From contig CAVUWV010000010.1 in assembly GCA_963745075.1 (NCBI GenBank), positions 224,001 to 288,000 on the forward strand: a stretch of DNA of 64,000 nucleotides, in the 5' to 3' direction. Below the pieces are notes generated by a model, which did not search any database, had not been told where the DNA came from, and was given only the letters and a program-made list of their open reading frames with translations. This document shows positions 9,102 to 19,461 of the stretch, piece after piece. Position numbers and translations under genes: made by a program. Numbering within the stretch: position 1 is the first letter of the stretch; every line of letters begins with the position of its first letter. The stretch comes from Candidatus Hydrogenedentota bacterium (GTDB lineage: Bacteria; Hydrogenedentota; Hydrogenedentia; Hydrogenedentales; SLHB01).

Positions 9102-10118
9102 ATGTCCGTTCAGATGCTGTTCGTTATCAGTTCACCCCGCTCCGGGAGCACGATGCTCGAACGCATCCTCGAGTCCCATTCCATGATTAAGGGCGGACCC
9201 GAACCGCATTTGTTGACCCCACTGGCGCACTTGGGGATCTGGGCCAACGTGCAAAAGGCGCCCTACGACCACGTCCTCGCGGCCGAATCCCAAAAGCTCT
9301 TCATCCAGGAACTTCCCGAAAAGGAGCAGGAATACTGGCGGGCCTGCCGGGCCTATTGCGATACCCTGTATGGGAGATACCTCGAAGGCGGCAGCGAATC
9401 CATCTGTCTCGACAAAACCCCGGCATACGGTTTAATTCTGCCTTTCATGATGAAAGTGTTTCCGGACGCGAAGTACGTTGTGTTAACGCGTCACCCCCTC
9501 GCGACTTTTTCCTCCTTCGCAAATTCGTTCTTTGACGGCGACTACCAAGTCGCTCAAAACTACAATCCCATCCTCAATCGCTATATCCCGGCGATCGCGA
9601 ACTTCTTGCGTCAGGACGAGGTGCCGTACATCCACGTTCGGTACGAGAATCTGGTGAAGGACCCCGAGTCCTGGATGGGCCGGATTTACGAGTACATCGG
9701 CATTCCTTTTGAACGCGAGACCATCGATTACGGCGAGAAGCAGACCGACGCCACGCCTCGAAAAGGCCTCGGCGATCCCATCGGCGTGCAACAGCACACG
9801 CGTCCCAGCACCGGCTCCATCAAGAAATGGGTGGAAGACCTCGCCGCCGATCCGGCCAAACTGGAACTCATGCAGAACGTCATCGCCCAAATCGATCCCG
9901 CCGATCTCGAAACCTGCGGCTATCCCATCGACACCATTTGGAAACCCTTCGAAGAATTGGGCGACCGGCGGCCGTCGCCAAAGAAGGCCCCGCTCAACCG
10001 ATACCGCCTGCAACGCAAGTTAATCGTTCGGCTCCGGTCGATGGCACAGCGGGGTGGCCCGTTCCGAAAACTGCTGGAGAAACTACGCCTCGCCTGCGAT
10101 GTGCTGCTTCGCGAATAA
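9102..10118 (+). CDS. PAPS-dependent sulfotransferase family protein
   Basis: 5'-PSB loop SSPRSGSTML, DKTP, LTRHP, VRYENLVKDP; RBS GGGAGGGAG before ATG 9102. Confidence 0.88.
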   Translation: MSVQMLFVISSPRSGSTMLERILESHSMIKGGPEPHLLTPLAHLGIWANVQKAPYDHVLAAESQKLFIQELPEKEQEYWRACRAYCDTLYGRYLEGGSESICLDKTPAYGLILPFMMKVFPDAKYVVLTRHPLATFSSFANSFFDGDYQVAQNYNPILNRYIPAIANFLRQDEVPYIHVRYENLVKDPESWMGRIYEYIGIPFERETIDYGEKQTDATPRKGLGDPIGVQQHTRPSTGSIKKWVEDLAADPAKLELMQNVIAQIDPADLETCGYPIDTIWKPFEELGDRRPSPKKAPLNRYRLQRKLIVRLRSMAQRGGPFRKLLEKLRLACDVLLRE

Positions 10119-10130
10119 ACCGCGACAAGA

Positions 10131-10691
10131 TCATCCCGAGTATGTGAAGTTGTACTCGGCGTCGCCAAGTCTCGGGGCCGCAGCGTCCTTTTCCGTGATG
10201 GCTGTCACGGTCATCGGCCATTCGATTCCCACATCGGGATCGTTGTACGCCAGCGACCGTTCCGCATCCGGCTGCCAGGATGCCGTGCATTTGTAAAGAA
10301 CCAGCGTGTCCGGTTCCAGCGCCAGAAAACCGTGTGCGAACCCCACCGGCACCCAGAGGGCTTCGCCCCGACCGGCGGTAAGCGTCCGGCCGACCCATTT
10401 CCCGAAAGTCGGCGAACCGGCGCGCAAATCCACGGCCACATCGAAGATCGAGCCGGACAGCGGTCGCACGAACTTGCCCATCCCGTGGGGTTCGATTTGG
10501 TAGTGCATGCCGCGCATGGTTCCTTTGCGCGACAGGCTCATATTGTCCTGCACAAACGTCTCGTGAAACCCCGCCGCGTCATAAACGGGTGTGGAAAACA
10601 CCTCCGTGAAGAACCCGCGCTTGTCGCGGAACAGCGGTGTTTGAACGAACAGGACCGCCTCGATCTCGGTCGGCGTTATGGTGATGGGCAT
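10131..10691 (-). CDS. rfbC: dTDP-4-dehydrorhamnose 3,5-epimerase (RmlC-like cupin)
   Basis: DKRGFF, FVQDNMSLS, RGMHYQ, IFDVAVDLRAGSPTFGKW, VPVGFAHGF, YNDPDVGIEWP. Confidence 0.92.
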   Translation of the reverse strand: MPITITPTEIEAVLFVQTPLFRDKRGFFTEVFSTPVYDAAGFHETFVQDNMSLSRKGTMRGMHYQIEPHGMGKFVRPLSGSIFDVAVDLRAGSPTFGKWVGRTLTAGRGEALWVPVGFAHGFLALEPDTLVLYKCTASWQPDAERSLAYNDPDVGIEWPMTVTAITEKDAAAPRLGDAEYNFTYSG

Positions 10692-10864
10692 TACGTTGGT
10701 CTCTCGGTTGACGGTTATACGGGCAGCGCAGCAATCCCGCGAGTGGTCGGGTCGCATTGTAGAGTACCCTCGCCGTGCGTGCAATTCCTTTCGTCGTTGG
10801 GTTATGCGGCCCGACTTGGTAGACTGGCGTCCGGAGTCGGTCTGCAAAGGAGGAGGTATTCAAC

Positions 10865-11836
10865 GTGAAACGGGCGGTGGTCTGTGGCGCGGGCGGGTTC
10901 ATTGCGAGTCATCTCGTGAAACGCCTCAAACGGGAGGGGTACTGGGTTCGTGGGGTCGACCTCAAGGAGCCCGAGTTTGCGCCGTCCGCGGCGGATGACT
11001 TCTGCCTCCTCGACTTGCGCGAAAGAGACGCCTGTACCCTGGCCCTCGATCTGGACGGCCAAGCGCCTGACGAGGTGTACCAACTGGCTGCCGACATGGG
11101 CGGCATGGGATTCATCCATTCCGCCGAGTGCGAGATTCTCCGCAACAGCGCCCTGATCAATATCAACATGATTCACGCTGCTGCGTCCGCAGAAATCAAA
11201 CGGTATTTCTTCTCATCCTCGGTTTGTGTGTACCGCGACATGAAACCGGGCGAACCCGAATTGGACGAGGCCGGAGCCTATCCCGCCCTGCCCGACAACG
11301 AATACGGCTGGGAGAAGCTTTACGCCGAACGCATGGCCATGGCCTACGGCCGCCGTTACGACGTTGCGGTGCGAATCGCACGGTTCCAGAATTGCTACGG
11401 TCCCGAAGGAACCTGGCGCGGCGGACGCGAAAAAGCCCCGGCCGCCCTGTGCCGGAAGATTGCAGAAACGGAAAACGGGGGGGTAATCGACGTGTGGGGC
11501 GATGGGTCGGCCGTGCGCTCGTACACGTATGTCGACGACATGGTCGACGGCATCTACGCGTTAACCCAGTCCAGTCTGGAAGGGCCCTGCAACATCGGGT
11601 GTCCCGAGTACGTCACGGTCGACGAATTGGCAGCGACCATTGCGAAGGTTGCGGGCAAACAGATTGACATCAAGCACGTGGAAGGGCCCGTGGGTGTTCA
11701 ATCGCGCAATTTCAGCAACGAACGCATGTATTCGATTGGCTGGAAGTCCCGGTGGCCCCTGGAACGAGGCATCGCCGCCACCTACCCCTGGGTCGCCGCC
11801 CAAGTCCACGCCGCCGCCATGGAAGAAACCGCGTAA
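10865..11836 (+). CDS. GDP-mannose 3,5-epimerase (GME)-like extended SDR
   Basis: GAGGFIASH, YQLAADMGGMGFI, FSSSVCVY, YGWEKLYAE, GPEGTWRGGREKAPAALCRK are characteristic of the GME family. Confidence 0.88.
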   Translation: MKRAVVCGAGGFIASHLVKRLKREGYWVRGVDLKEPEFAPSAADDFCLLDLRERDACTLALDLDGQAPDEVYQLAADMGGMGFIHSAECEILRNSALININMIHAAASAEIKRYFFSSSVCVYRDMKPGEPELDEAGAYPALPDNEYGWEKLYAERMAMAYGRRYDVAVRIARFQNCYGPEGTWRGGREKAPAALCRKIAETENGGVIDVWGDGSAVRSYTYVDDMVDGIYALTQSSLEGPCNIGCPEYVTVDELAATIAKVAGKQIDIKHVEGPVGVQSRNFSNERMYSIGWKSRWPLERGIAATYPWVAAQVHAAAMEETA

Positions 11837-11843
11837 ACGTGGG

Positions 11844-12854
11844 TTAGGAGCTGGGCGGCGTTCCCGATTTCTTGTCGAATTCGGCGATGCGCAGATCGGC
11901 ATCCGCCATGAGTTGGGCCAGTTGCTGGAACGTGACCTTCGGTTCCCACCCGAGTTCCTTCTTTGCCTTGCTCGCATCGCCCACGAGAATATCCACCTCC
12001 GTAGGCCGGAAATACCGGGGATCGATTTCCACGTACTTCTGGTAGTCCATGTCGAAGTGCGAGAAGACTTCTTCCAGAAACTCGCGGACGGTATGCGTCT
12101 CGCCGGTGGCCACCACGAAGTCGTCCGGCGTGTCGTGCTGCATCATCAACCACATGGCTTCCACGTAGTCCTTGGCGAACCCCCAGTCCCGCTTGGCGTC
12201 AAGGTTGCCCAGGTAGAGCTTCTTCTGCATTCCCAGTTTGATCCGGGCCGCCGCGCGCGTAATCTTGCGGGTCACAAAGGTTTCGCCGCGGCGCGGGGAC
12301 TCGTGGTTGAAGAGGATCCCGTTGCACGTGAACATGTCGTAGGCTTCCCGGTAGTTTACCGTCGCCCAATACGAAAAGACTTTCGAGGCGCCGTAGGGAC
12401 TGCGCGGATAAAAAGGCGTTTCCTCACTTTGGGGAATCTCCAGCGCTTTCCCGTACATCTCGCTGCTTGATGCCTGATAGAACTTGGCGCCGCAGCCCGT
12501 TTTCCGAATAGCTTCCAGCAGACGAATCGTCCCGAGCCCGGTCACATCGGACGTGTAAATCGGCGCGTCGAAGCTGACCCGGACGTGGCTCTGCGCGCCC
12601 AGATGGTACACCTCGTCCGGACGGACTTCGGTTAGGATGGAGACCAGGCCGGAGTCATCGGTAAGGTCGCCGTAATGGAGGTTTAACCGATGTTCCGACG
12701 CGTGGGGATCTTGGTAAATATGATCGATGCGTCCCGTATTAAAGGAACTGGACCGCCGAATCAATCCGTGGACCTCGTACTCCTTCTCCAAAAGCAATTC
12801 AGCGAGGTATGATCCATCCTGACCGGTTATCCCGGTGATAAGTGCTTTCTTCAC
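11844..12854 (-). CDS. gmd: GDP-mannose 4,6-dehydratase
   Basis: [74 protein letters not shown] start 12854. Confidence 0.95.
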   Translation of the reverse strand: MKKALITGITGQDGSYLAELLLEKEYEVHGLIRRSSSFNTGRIDHIYQDPHASEHRLNLHYGDLTDDSGLVSILTEVRPDEVYHLGAQSHVRVSFDAPIYTSDVTGLGTIRLLEAIRKTGCGAKFYQASSSEMYGKALEIPQSEETPFYPRSPYGASKVFSYWATVNYREAYDMFTCNGILFNHESPRRGETFVTRKITRAAARIKLGMQKKLYLGNLDAKRDWGFAKDYVEAMWLMMQHDTPDDFVVATGETHTVREFLEEVFSHFDMDYQKYVEIDPRYFRPTEVDILVGDASKAKKELGWEPKVTFQQLAQLMADADLRIAEFDKKSGTPPSS

Positions 12855-13023
12855 GAAAAAACCTTCCGCTGGCCATCGGCGCACGCCGTGGCCGTTAACC
12901 CGTGGTGCTTGCAGCGGACGATTATGGCAGATTGGAAATGCGGCATCAATCGTGCCTTCGGACGCGCGCTGGCGGCAGCACCCTGCGAACGGGCACAATT
13001 CGGCATGGAATAGGGAGATTCTT

Positions 13024-14358
13024 GTGAAAGCCGTTATCATCGCCGGCGGACAGGGAACGCGATTGCGATCCGTTACCGGTGCCGCCATGCCCAAGGCTCT
13101 TGTGCCGGTCGCGGGCGTTCCAATTATTCATCGCCAATTCCGGTTATTAAAGCGGTACGGCCTCACCGAGGTCGTTGTCACCGCAGGGCATCTCGCCGAT
13201 GCGCTCACAGCCGGAATTGAACCGGAAGCCGAACGATTAGGCCTGCACCTGCACGTCCGCGTCGAAGACTCGCCCCTGGGCACCGGCGGAGGGTTGCCTG
13301 CCGCGCAAGACGTATTGGGGGATGAACCGTTCCTCGCACTCTGCGGAGATATCGCGGTCGATATGGACTTCGACCGGCTCCGGGACCATCATAAAGAAAC
13401 GAACGCCGATGCGACGATCGTGGTTCATCCCAATGACCATCCCCATACCTCGGATCTGGTGGTCGTCGACGAAGCCGCTCGCATCCTACAGATCGTGCCA
13501 CGCGGGACGCGCGATTCTGGCGAGTTCCGCAATCTGGTATTCGGCTCGGTCTACGTGTTGTCGCCGCGCGTCTGGGACTTCATCGATCCACACTCCAAGC
13601 AGGATCTGAACAACGACGTCTTCCCCCGTATGATTCGGGAGGGCGCCGCGGTTCTTGCGTATAACACCCCCGAGTACCTCCGCGACGTGGGCACCGTCGA
13701 GCGGTTGCGCGTGGTCGAGCACGATATCGCCACCCGGCGGATGGAGCGGATGAATTGGAGTTGTCCGCGTCCGGCGGTTTTTTTCGATCGCGACGGTGTT
13801 CTCGTTAAAGACGCAGGCTCCCGAGGCGTCACACGTCCCGACGACATTCATCTGTTGCCCGGCGCCGCGGAGGCTGTCCGGGACGTTAACGAAGCGGGGT
13901 ACCTCGCGGTCGTTGTCAGCAACCAACCCGGAGTCGCCAAAGGCTTCCTCTCGATGGAAGATCTGGACCGCATCACGGGCCGGTTGGATATGGAACTGGG
14001 CAAAGTCGGCGCGTGGCTCGACCGTGTTTACTACTGTCCCCACCATCCCGAGTCCGGGTTCGACGGCGAGCGGCCCGAATTGAAAGTCCCCTGCGCCTGC
14101 CGGAAACCCGAGCCCGGCTTGATCCATCGTGCGGTCAAAGAGCTGCCCCTCGACCTCGATCGCTCGGTGCTCATCGGCGACACAGCCAGGGAAATTGGCG
14201 CGGCACGGGCAGTTGGCATACCCGCCTACGGCGTGCGTACCGGGCACGGGTGCGAGGACTGCACGGACGCACTCACGCCGGATCGAGTCTGCGACGACGC
14301 GCGTGATGCGGTGCATCGCTTTCTTGCTACCGCGAAGGTACCCGACCCAAACCGTTAA
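13024..14358 (+). CDS. Bifunctional nucleotidyltransferase (HddC-like) / D,D-heptose-1,7-bisphosphate phosphatase (GmhB, HAD-IIIA)
   Basis: [33 protein letters not shown]-term [37 protein letters not shown]. Confidence 0.9.
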   Translation: MKAVIIAGGQGTRLRSVTGAAMPKALVPVAGVPIIHRQFRLLKRYGLTEVVVTAGHLADALTAGIEPEAERLGLHLHVRVEDSPLGTGGGLPAAQDVLGDEPFLALCGDIAVDMDFDRLRDHHKETNADATIVVHPNDHPHTSDLVVVDEAARILQIVPRGTRDSGEFRNLVFGSVYVLSPRVWDFIDPHSKQDLNNDVFPRMIREGAAVLAYNTPEYLRDVGTVERLRVVEHDIATRRMERMNWSCPRPAVFFDRDGVLVKDAGSRGVTRPDDIHLLPGAAEAVRDVNEAGYLAVVVSNQPGVAKGFLSMEDLDRITGRLDMELGKVGAWLDRVYYCPHHPESGFDGERPELKVPCACRKPEPGLIHRAVKELPLDLDRSVLIGDTAREIGAARAVGIPAYGVRTGHGCEDCTDALTPDRVCDDARDAVHRFLATAKVPDPNR

Positions 14359-14467
14359 ATAGATTGCTTGCGAAGCTTGCCATTCTCGTCATTCTGAGCG
14401 GGCACCTCTATCGAGGTTGTTGGAACCAAGAACAGTCGAGCATGGTTGCGACCTACATTACTCTCTA

Positions 14468-14553
14468 AATCGGGATCGAAATCGGGATCAAAATCGGGAT
14501 CGAAGCTGGAAGCGCAAAGCACTTCCGATTTCGATCCCGATCCCGATCCCGAC
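14468..14553. repeat. Inverted hexamer-array cassette (ATCGGG/ATCGAA)n ... (TCCCGA)n
   Basis: AAATCGGGATCGAAATCGGGATCAAAATCGGGATCG followed by the complementary CGATTTCGATCCCGATCCCGATCCCGA. Confidence 0.75.
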
Positions 14554-14754
14554 AATGGCAAGCCGCCGCGATTGGTACAAATCGACTTACAGAAACCTGT
14601 TCTTAGCAGCGCCAGCGAAGAATCTCTTCCCCCGCAATCTCGTTTCCTGTTTCCGATTTCCCTGCGCACATTGCTATACTTGCGCCCGAGCGCCCGCCGC
14701 ACCAGTCCGGCCGCGTTTGTTCACAGCACCCAATGACGAAGGAACACCCGTACC

Positions 14755-15324
14755 ATGTCTTACGCACCTGCCATCAAGGATTATCTGACCGGCCTTGCGG
14801 ACGTTCTGCAAAAACTCGACGTTGCGCAACTCGATACCTTTCTCCAACTCCTAGACTCCGCCCGGGAAGAGGGCCGTCAAATCTTCATCTTCGGAAACGG
14901 CGGTTCGGGCGCCAACGCGTCGCACATCACCGGCGATCTGATGAAGGGCGCCAGTTACGGAAAGGAGAAACGGTTCAAGGCGCTCTGCCTGAACGACAAC
15001 GATGCCGGTGTGCTGGCCTATGCCAACGATGTGGGCTACGACGAAGTGTTCATCGAGCAGTTGAAGAATTTTCTCAACCCGGGCGACGTGGTGGTGGGTA
15101 TTTCCGGAAGCGGGAATTCCGTCAACATCCTGAAGGCCATCGACTACGCCAACGAGCGCGGCGCGGAGACCGTCGGCTTCTGCGGCTACCCTGGCGGCAA
15201 ACTCGAAACCCGTGCCAAGCATGTCGTCCACGCCAACATCCACGACATGCAGTTCGCCGAAGATGTCCACCTGATCGTCGGTCATATCGCCATGAAAATC
15301 CTCAGCGGCGGCGTCTGCCACTGA
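14755..15324 (+). CDS. gmhA: Phosphoheptose isomerase (SIS domain)
   Basis: IFIFGNGGSGANASH, AYANDVGYDEVF, GDVVVGISGSGNSVN, EDVHL. Confidence 0.92.
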   Translation: MSYAPAIKDYLTGLADVLQKLDVAQLDTFLQLLDSAREEGRQIFIFGNGGSGANASHITGDLMKGASYGKEKRFKALCLNDNDAGVLAYANDVGYDEVFIEQLKNFLNPGDVVVGISGSGNSVNILKAIDYANERGAETVGFCGYPGGKLETRAKHVVHANIHDMQFAEDVHLIVGHIAMKILSGGVCH

Positions 15325-15370
15325 CACGCCTGAACCCGTAACGTACGCGCCTGCTCCTCGTACCGTTTCG

Positions 15371-15400
15371 AAATCGAAATCGAAATCGAAATCGAAATCG
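15371..15400. repeat. Tandem hexamer repeat (AAATCG)5
   Basis: Read directly from sequence. Confidence 0.9.
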
Positions 15401-15455
15401 CCAAGGACTTTCGTCATTCGTCGCGGTAGTTGCTTCCTCGCACCTGGCGCGGAAA

Positions 15456-15641
15456 CACTGGGAGCGCCTGGCTCCAGCCTGGCGTTTGACTCGGAACTGC
15501 ACGTCAAAGAGAGTATCGTTGCCGATCCCGAAATGGAGTTGTCCGAATTGGCCCTGCCGATTTGAACGCCACGCGACCGTGGCACTGGCTCCTCGCAATC
15601 CTTCCTCAAGACCGCCAGGCTGGTGCCTGGCGCTCCCAGTG
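15456..15641. repeat. Paired-palindrome element family D (CACTGGGAGCGCC...), copy 1
   Basis: 29-bp imperfect inverted arms CACTGGGAGCGCCTGGCTCCAGCCTGGCG / CGCCAGGCTGGTGCCTGGCGCTCCCAGTG; second copy at 39512-39641. Confidence 0.8.
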
Positions 15642-15722
15642 CGCATACCGCGCGGTCATTCGGGGCCGGTGAGTGTCCCGCCAAGCAAAGGAAGTTTCAT
15701 TTGACCGATCGAAGTTGGAATC

Positions 15723-16691
15723 ATGAACGCGCAGGAAGTCGACGAGATCATCGCGTGCCTGCCGCGGGGTCGAACCCTATACCACTACTTCAAGGACCGG
15801 TACGCCTTGGAGTTGTTGGCGCGGTACGTCGGCCCCGGCCGGCCGGTGCGCGAGGTGCGGGCGTCCCAATTTGGCCCGTTGCTCAATCGGACCCGGGTAA
15901 AACCAGCCCTGGCACAGGCGGGGTCCGGCTATCTGACGCACGAGGCATTGCTCAACCAATGGCCTGACACCTTTGGACATTTCCGATTGACACTCGCCCG
16001 GTGGCCGTTCGGCACTCGCAATGACCGATTCTACCACCAGACCTCACGCCGGGGAACGAACCTCGTTCTACTGTTGAACTTCGCCAACGTTCATAAAGAG
16101 ATGTACCGAAGCCTCTGCTCGAACATCTCGACCGACGCGTTCCGGAATTCCTGTCATCCCGGAGCCGGCCGACGTAATTTGCCGCTTGCCTGGGCGCGAA
16201 TCGACCTGTGCTTCCAGGAGAGCGCGGCGCTTATTGAGGAAATCCAGAACGACTGGTTGCGTGAAGCGAAAGGAATCCAGCAGTGGGTTCTTTCGTCCCA
16301 GGGCCGATCGCGGCGGGGGAATGGCTGGGCCCGGCTTTGGGGCAAGGCCGTGCCCGTGACGGGCCTACTGCGGTACATCGAATTCCTCCAGCGTGAGTAT
16401 GGCTCGACCTGGGATGAGGCCATGCTATGGGCGGCCATCTGGTTCATCCGGGAGGAGCTTGGTATTCGCCGCATTTACTACCACACCTGGACCAGCGGCA
16501 ACACGCTCAAGCGATTGGATGATCCCGAATACGGACAACCTCCACGATCGTTGTACACGGCGCTGCCGCGAAAGTTCTGTTTTCAAACGTCGCGTGATGT
16601 ACCACAATTCCTGCTTAACGGGCGGGTTTGTCGGAAGCACCGCCGCATGATGCAGCGCGGGGAACTGCCCATGTATGTGCTGAACCTGTGA
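15723..16691 (+). CDS. Conserved hypothetical protein with LAWARID...LIEEIQNDW motif
   Basis: 322-aa ORF with protein-like composition and motif-like blocks (HYFKDRYAL, QTSRRGTNLVLLLNF, PPRSLYTALPRKFCF). Confidence 0.7.
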   Translation: MNAQEVDEIIACLPRGRTLYHYFKDRYALELLARYVGPGRPVREVRASQFGPLLNRTRVKPALAQAGSGYLTHEALLNQWPDTFGHFRLTLARWPFGTRNDRFYHQTSRRGTNLVLLLNFANVHKEMYRSLCSNISTDAFRNSCHPGAGRRNLPLAWARIDLCFQESAALIEEIQNDWLREAKGIQQWVLSSQGRSRRGNGWARLWGKAVPVTGLLRYIEFLQREYGSTWDEAMLWAAIWFIREELGIRRIYYHTWTSGNTLKRLDDPEYGQPPRSLYTALPRKFCFQTSRDVPQFLLNGRVCRKHRRMMQRGELPMYVLNL

Positions 16692-16826
16692 GCGATCCAG
16701 CGCAGCCGAGCTGTTGGCGCGCAAGGATTTGCTTGCATAGGGGAAAGACACCGCGTAAACTCGCGCGCAGCAGCCCGGAACCTCCGTGGCGCACGATGAA
16801 TATCGGAAGCAGGCGTAAATAATTTT

Positions 16827-17972
16827 ATGGCAACGAGCACGTTCATTCCATTCAATCGTCCCGGCATGATGGGCGACGAATTGCGTTTCATCACGGAGGC
16901 CGTCAATTCCGGCAAGATCTCCGGTGACGACCCCTTTACCGGCCGATGCCAGGAGTTGTTGGAACGGGAACTTGGGGTCCAGAGGGTCCTACTCACGCCA
17001 TCCTGCACCCACGCCCTGGAAATGGCGGCGTTGTTGCTGAATATCGTGCCCGGCGATGAGGTCATTCTGCCCACGTTTACGTTCGTGTCGACGGCAAACG
17101 CCTTTGTCCTGCGCGGCGCCAAGCCCGTGTTCGTTGACAGCCGACCCGACACGCTGAATATCGACGAAAGCCGCATCGAGGAAAAGATCACATCCAAGAC
17201 GAAAGCGATCATCCCGGTTCACTACGCCGGCGTCGGCTGCGAACTCGACGCCATCCTCGCCCTCGCGTCGAAGCACGGAATCCCCGTCGTCGAAGACAAC
17301 GCCCACGGCCTATTCGGCGAGTATCGCGGAAAGTATCTTGGTACCTACGGCGCGCTCGGGACGCAGAGTTTCCACGAAACCAAGAATTTTACCTGCGGGG
17401 AAGGCGGCGCGCTGCTGATCAATGATCCCGCTATGGCGGATCGCGCGGAAGTTATTAGAGAGAAGGGTACCAACCGCGCCATGTTTTATCGCGGCCAGAT
17501 CGACAAGTACTCCTGGGTCGATCTGGGATCGAGCTTCCTGCCTTCCGGTATCGCTTCCGCTTTCTTATACGGTCAACTGATCGCGTGGCGCGAAATCCAG
17601 GCCAGCCGCGAACGCGTCTGGAATTCGTATCACGACAACCTCCGCGACTGGGCCAACGAACACGGTGTCACATTCCCAACCGTGCCCGATCATTGCGAGC
17701 AGGCCTATCACATGTTCTACATGATCATGCCTTCGTTGGATTCGCGTCAGGCGTTGATCCAGCATCTGAAGGACCAGCAAATCCAAGCCGTATTCCACTA
17801 CGTCCCGCTTCACCTTTCCAAGATGGGGAAGATCCTGGGGGGCAGGCAGGGGGACTGCCCCGTCGCGGAAGACTTGAGCGACCGCCTGATCCGGCTGCCC
17901 TTCTACAATACCCTGGAGGAAGCCGACCAGGCGCGCGTCGTTGAAGCCATCAAAGGCTTCTCTTGGTCATGA
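16827..17972 (+). CDS. rffA: dTDP-4-amino-4,6-dideoxygalactose transaminase (DegT/DnrJ family)
   Basis: IPFNRP, LTPSCTHALEMAA, TFVSTANAF, SFHETKNFTCGEGG, REKGTNR, AVFHYVPLH. Confidence 0.93.
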   Translation: MATSTFIPFNRPGMMGDELRFITEAVNSGKISGDDPFTGRCQELLERELGVQRVLLTPSCTHALEMAALLLNIVPGDEVILPTFTFVSTANAFVLRGAKPVFVDSRPDTLNIDESRIEEKITSKTKAIIPVHYAGVGCELDAILALASKHGIPVVEDNAHGLFGEYRGKYLGTYGALGTQSFHETKNFTCGEGGALLINDPAMADRAEVIREKGTNRAMFYRGQIDKYSWVDLGSSFLPSGIASAFLYGQLIAWREIQASRERVWNSYHDNLRDWANEHGVTFPTVPDHCEQAYHMFYMIMPSLDSRQALIQHLKDQQIQAVFHYVPLHLSKMGKILGGRQGDCPVAEDLSDRLIRLPFYNTLEEADQARVVEAIKGFSWS

Positions 17973-18090
17973 ACGAGAACGCTACGAAGGCGAAACCCCT
18001 GTGGTATCCTTTCGTATTCGTAATCGTAATCGTAGTCGCGAACGACGCAGTCCCCCACGATTCTTAATCGCGCAGCAAAGCGAACGCGAC

Positions 18091-18144
18091 TCCCCCTTTG
18101 AAGGGGGTCCCGCCGTAGGCGGGAAAGGGTCGAGGGGGATGTTC
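18091..18144. repeat. Solo half of family A element with an internal hairpin insertion
   Basis: TCCCCCTTTGAAGGGGG..[CCCGCCGTAGGCGGG]..TCGAGGGGGATGTTC. Confidence 0.7.
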
Positions 18145-18173
18145 GCTCTCGGAGTCAGGCTAGAGGTCAATCG

Positions 18174-19209
18174 ATGATCCGCAAAAACGAAATCCTACGC
18201 AGCAAAGCCCCGCTCCGCATCAGTTTCGGCGGCGGCGGAACGGACGTCGATCCCTACCGCTCGCTGTACGGTGGCTGCACGCTCAGCACGACCATCGACA
18301 AGTACGCCTACGTGAGCTGCCGTCCGCGCAAGGACAACGTCATCGAAGTCCAGTCCCTCGACTACAACATCGTCGCGAAATACGACACTGCGAAGCCCTT
18401 CGTCATGGACGGCGAACTCGATCTCGCCAAAGCCGTCATCGCGCAGTTGAAACAGAAGCGCGCGTCCCGTGGGTTCGATCTCTTCATGCACAGCGACGCC
18501 CCGCCGGGCAGCGGCCTCGGTTCCTCATCGACCATGGTCGTGGCCCTGGTCAGTCTGTTCAAGGAGTACTACCGCCGCCCACTCACATCCTACGAGATCG
18601 CCGCGCTGGCCTACGACATCGAACGCAATGCCCTGGGCCTGAAAGGCGGTATGCAGGATCAGTACAACGCGACCTTCGGCGGGTTTAACTTCATCGAGTA
18701 CATCGGCGACAAGGTCGTGGTGAATCCGCTCCGTCTCGACCCCGCGACGCTCCATGAACTCCACTACTCGATCGTCCTCTGCTACACGGGCCGGACACGC
18801 CAATCCGCCGGCATCATCGATAATCAAATGCAAAACGTCGAAGAAGGCGACAAGAAGGCGGTCAACGCCACGCACGCGCTTAAAGATTTGTGCGTTGATA
18901 TGAAGAACGCCCTTTTGCAGGGCGAACTGCCCACCTTTGGCAAGCTCCTCCACGAATCGTGGCTGCAGAAGAAGAAGATCGCGAACCGCATCACCAACGC
19001 GCGCATCGACCGAATGTACGCCGAAACCCGCAAGCTCGGCGCGCTCGGGCGGCAAAATCGTCGGCGCGGGTGGCGGAGGCTACCTCCTGGTTTTTGCTCC
19101 CTTTGATCGCCGGCATCTCATCAAGAAACGTCTCGTCGAACTCGGCGCTCAACCCGTCGACTTCAATTTCGATTTCGATGGTGTCGTAACCTGGCGCGCG
19201 AAGGCCTAA
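18174..19209 (+). CDS. hddA: D-glycero-alpha-D-manno-heptose-7-phosphate kinase (GHMP kinase), apparent +1 frameshift near 19047-19049
   Basis: KAPLRISFGGGGTD, PPGSGLGSSS, QDQY..FGGFN; C-terminal GGKIVGAGGGGYL is in the next frame after CTCGGGC (one extra G). Confidence 0.9.
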
Positions 19210-19261
19210 GCACTACGTGCGCCTCGTGCGAGGTGTCCTTCTATGCTTGTGAGACGGTCTT

Positions 19262-19433
19262 GAAGAACATCCCCCTTGAGCCCCCTTCAAAGGGGGAGAA
19301 GTGCGCAATCACGTTCATTCATGTATGCACCATGGTTGCCTCTGAACAATGGGTATTCCCAGCATCCCATACGCAACGCAGAGCGTTGCGAGAATTTCCC
19401 CCTTTGAAGGGGGATCAAGGGGGATGTTTCTTC
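19262..19433. repeat. Family A MITE/REPIN-like element, copy 1
   Basis: Inverted arms GAAGAACATCCCCCTTGAGCCCCCTTCAAAGGGGGA / TCCCCCTTTGAAGGGGGATCAAGGGGGATGTTTCTTC with inner hairpin CGCAACGC-AGA-GCGTTGCG. Confidence 0.85.
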
Positions 19434-19461
19434 CTCTTATCGAGATCCCAACACGAGTCCG

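Noticed and set aside
14417..14788. ORFs with DPDFDPDF / SKSGSKSG / NRDRNRD low-complexity peptides
   Set aside because: Translations of the hexamer cassette.
16714..16737. TGGCGC...TTGC possible sigma54 site upstream of rffA
   Set aside because: GG-to-GC spacing is not 10 nt.
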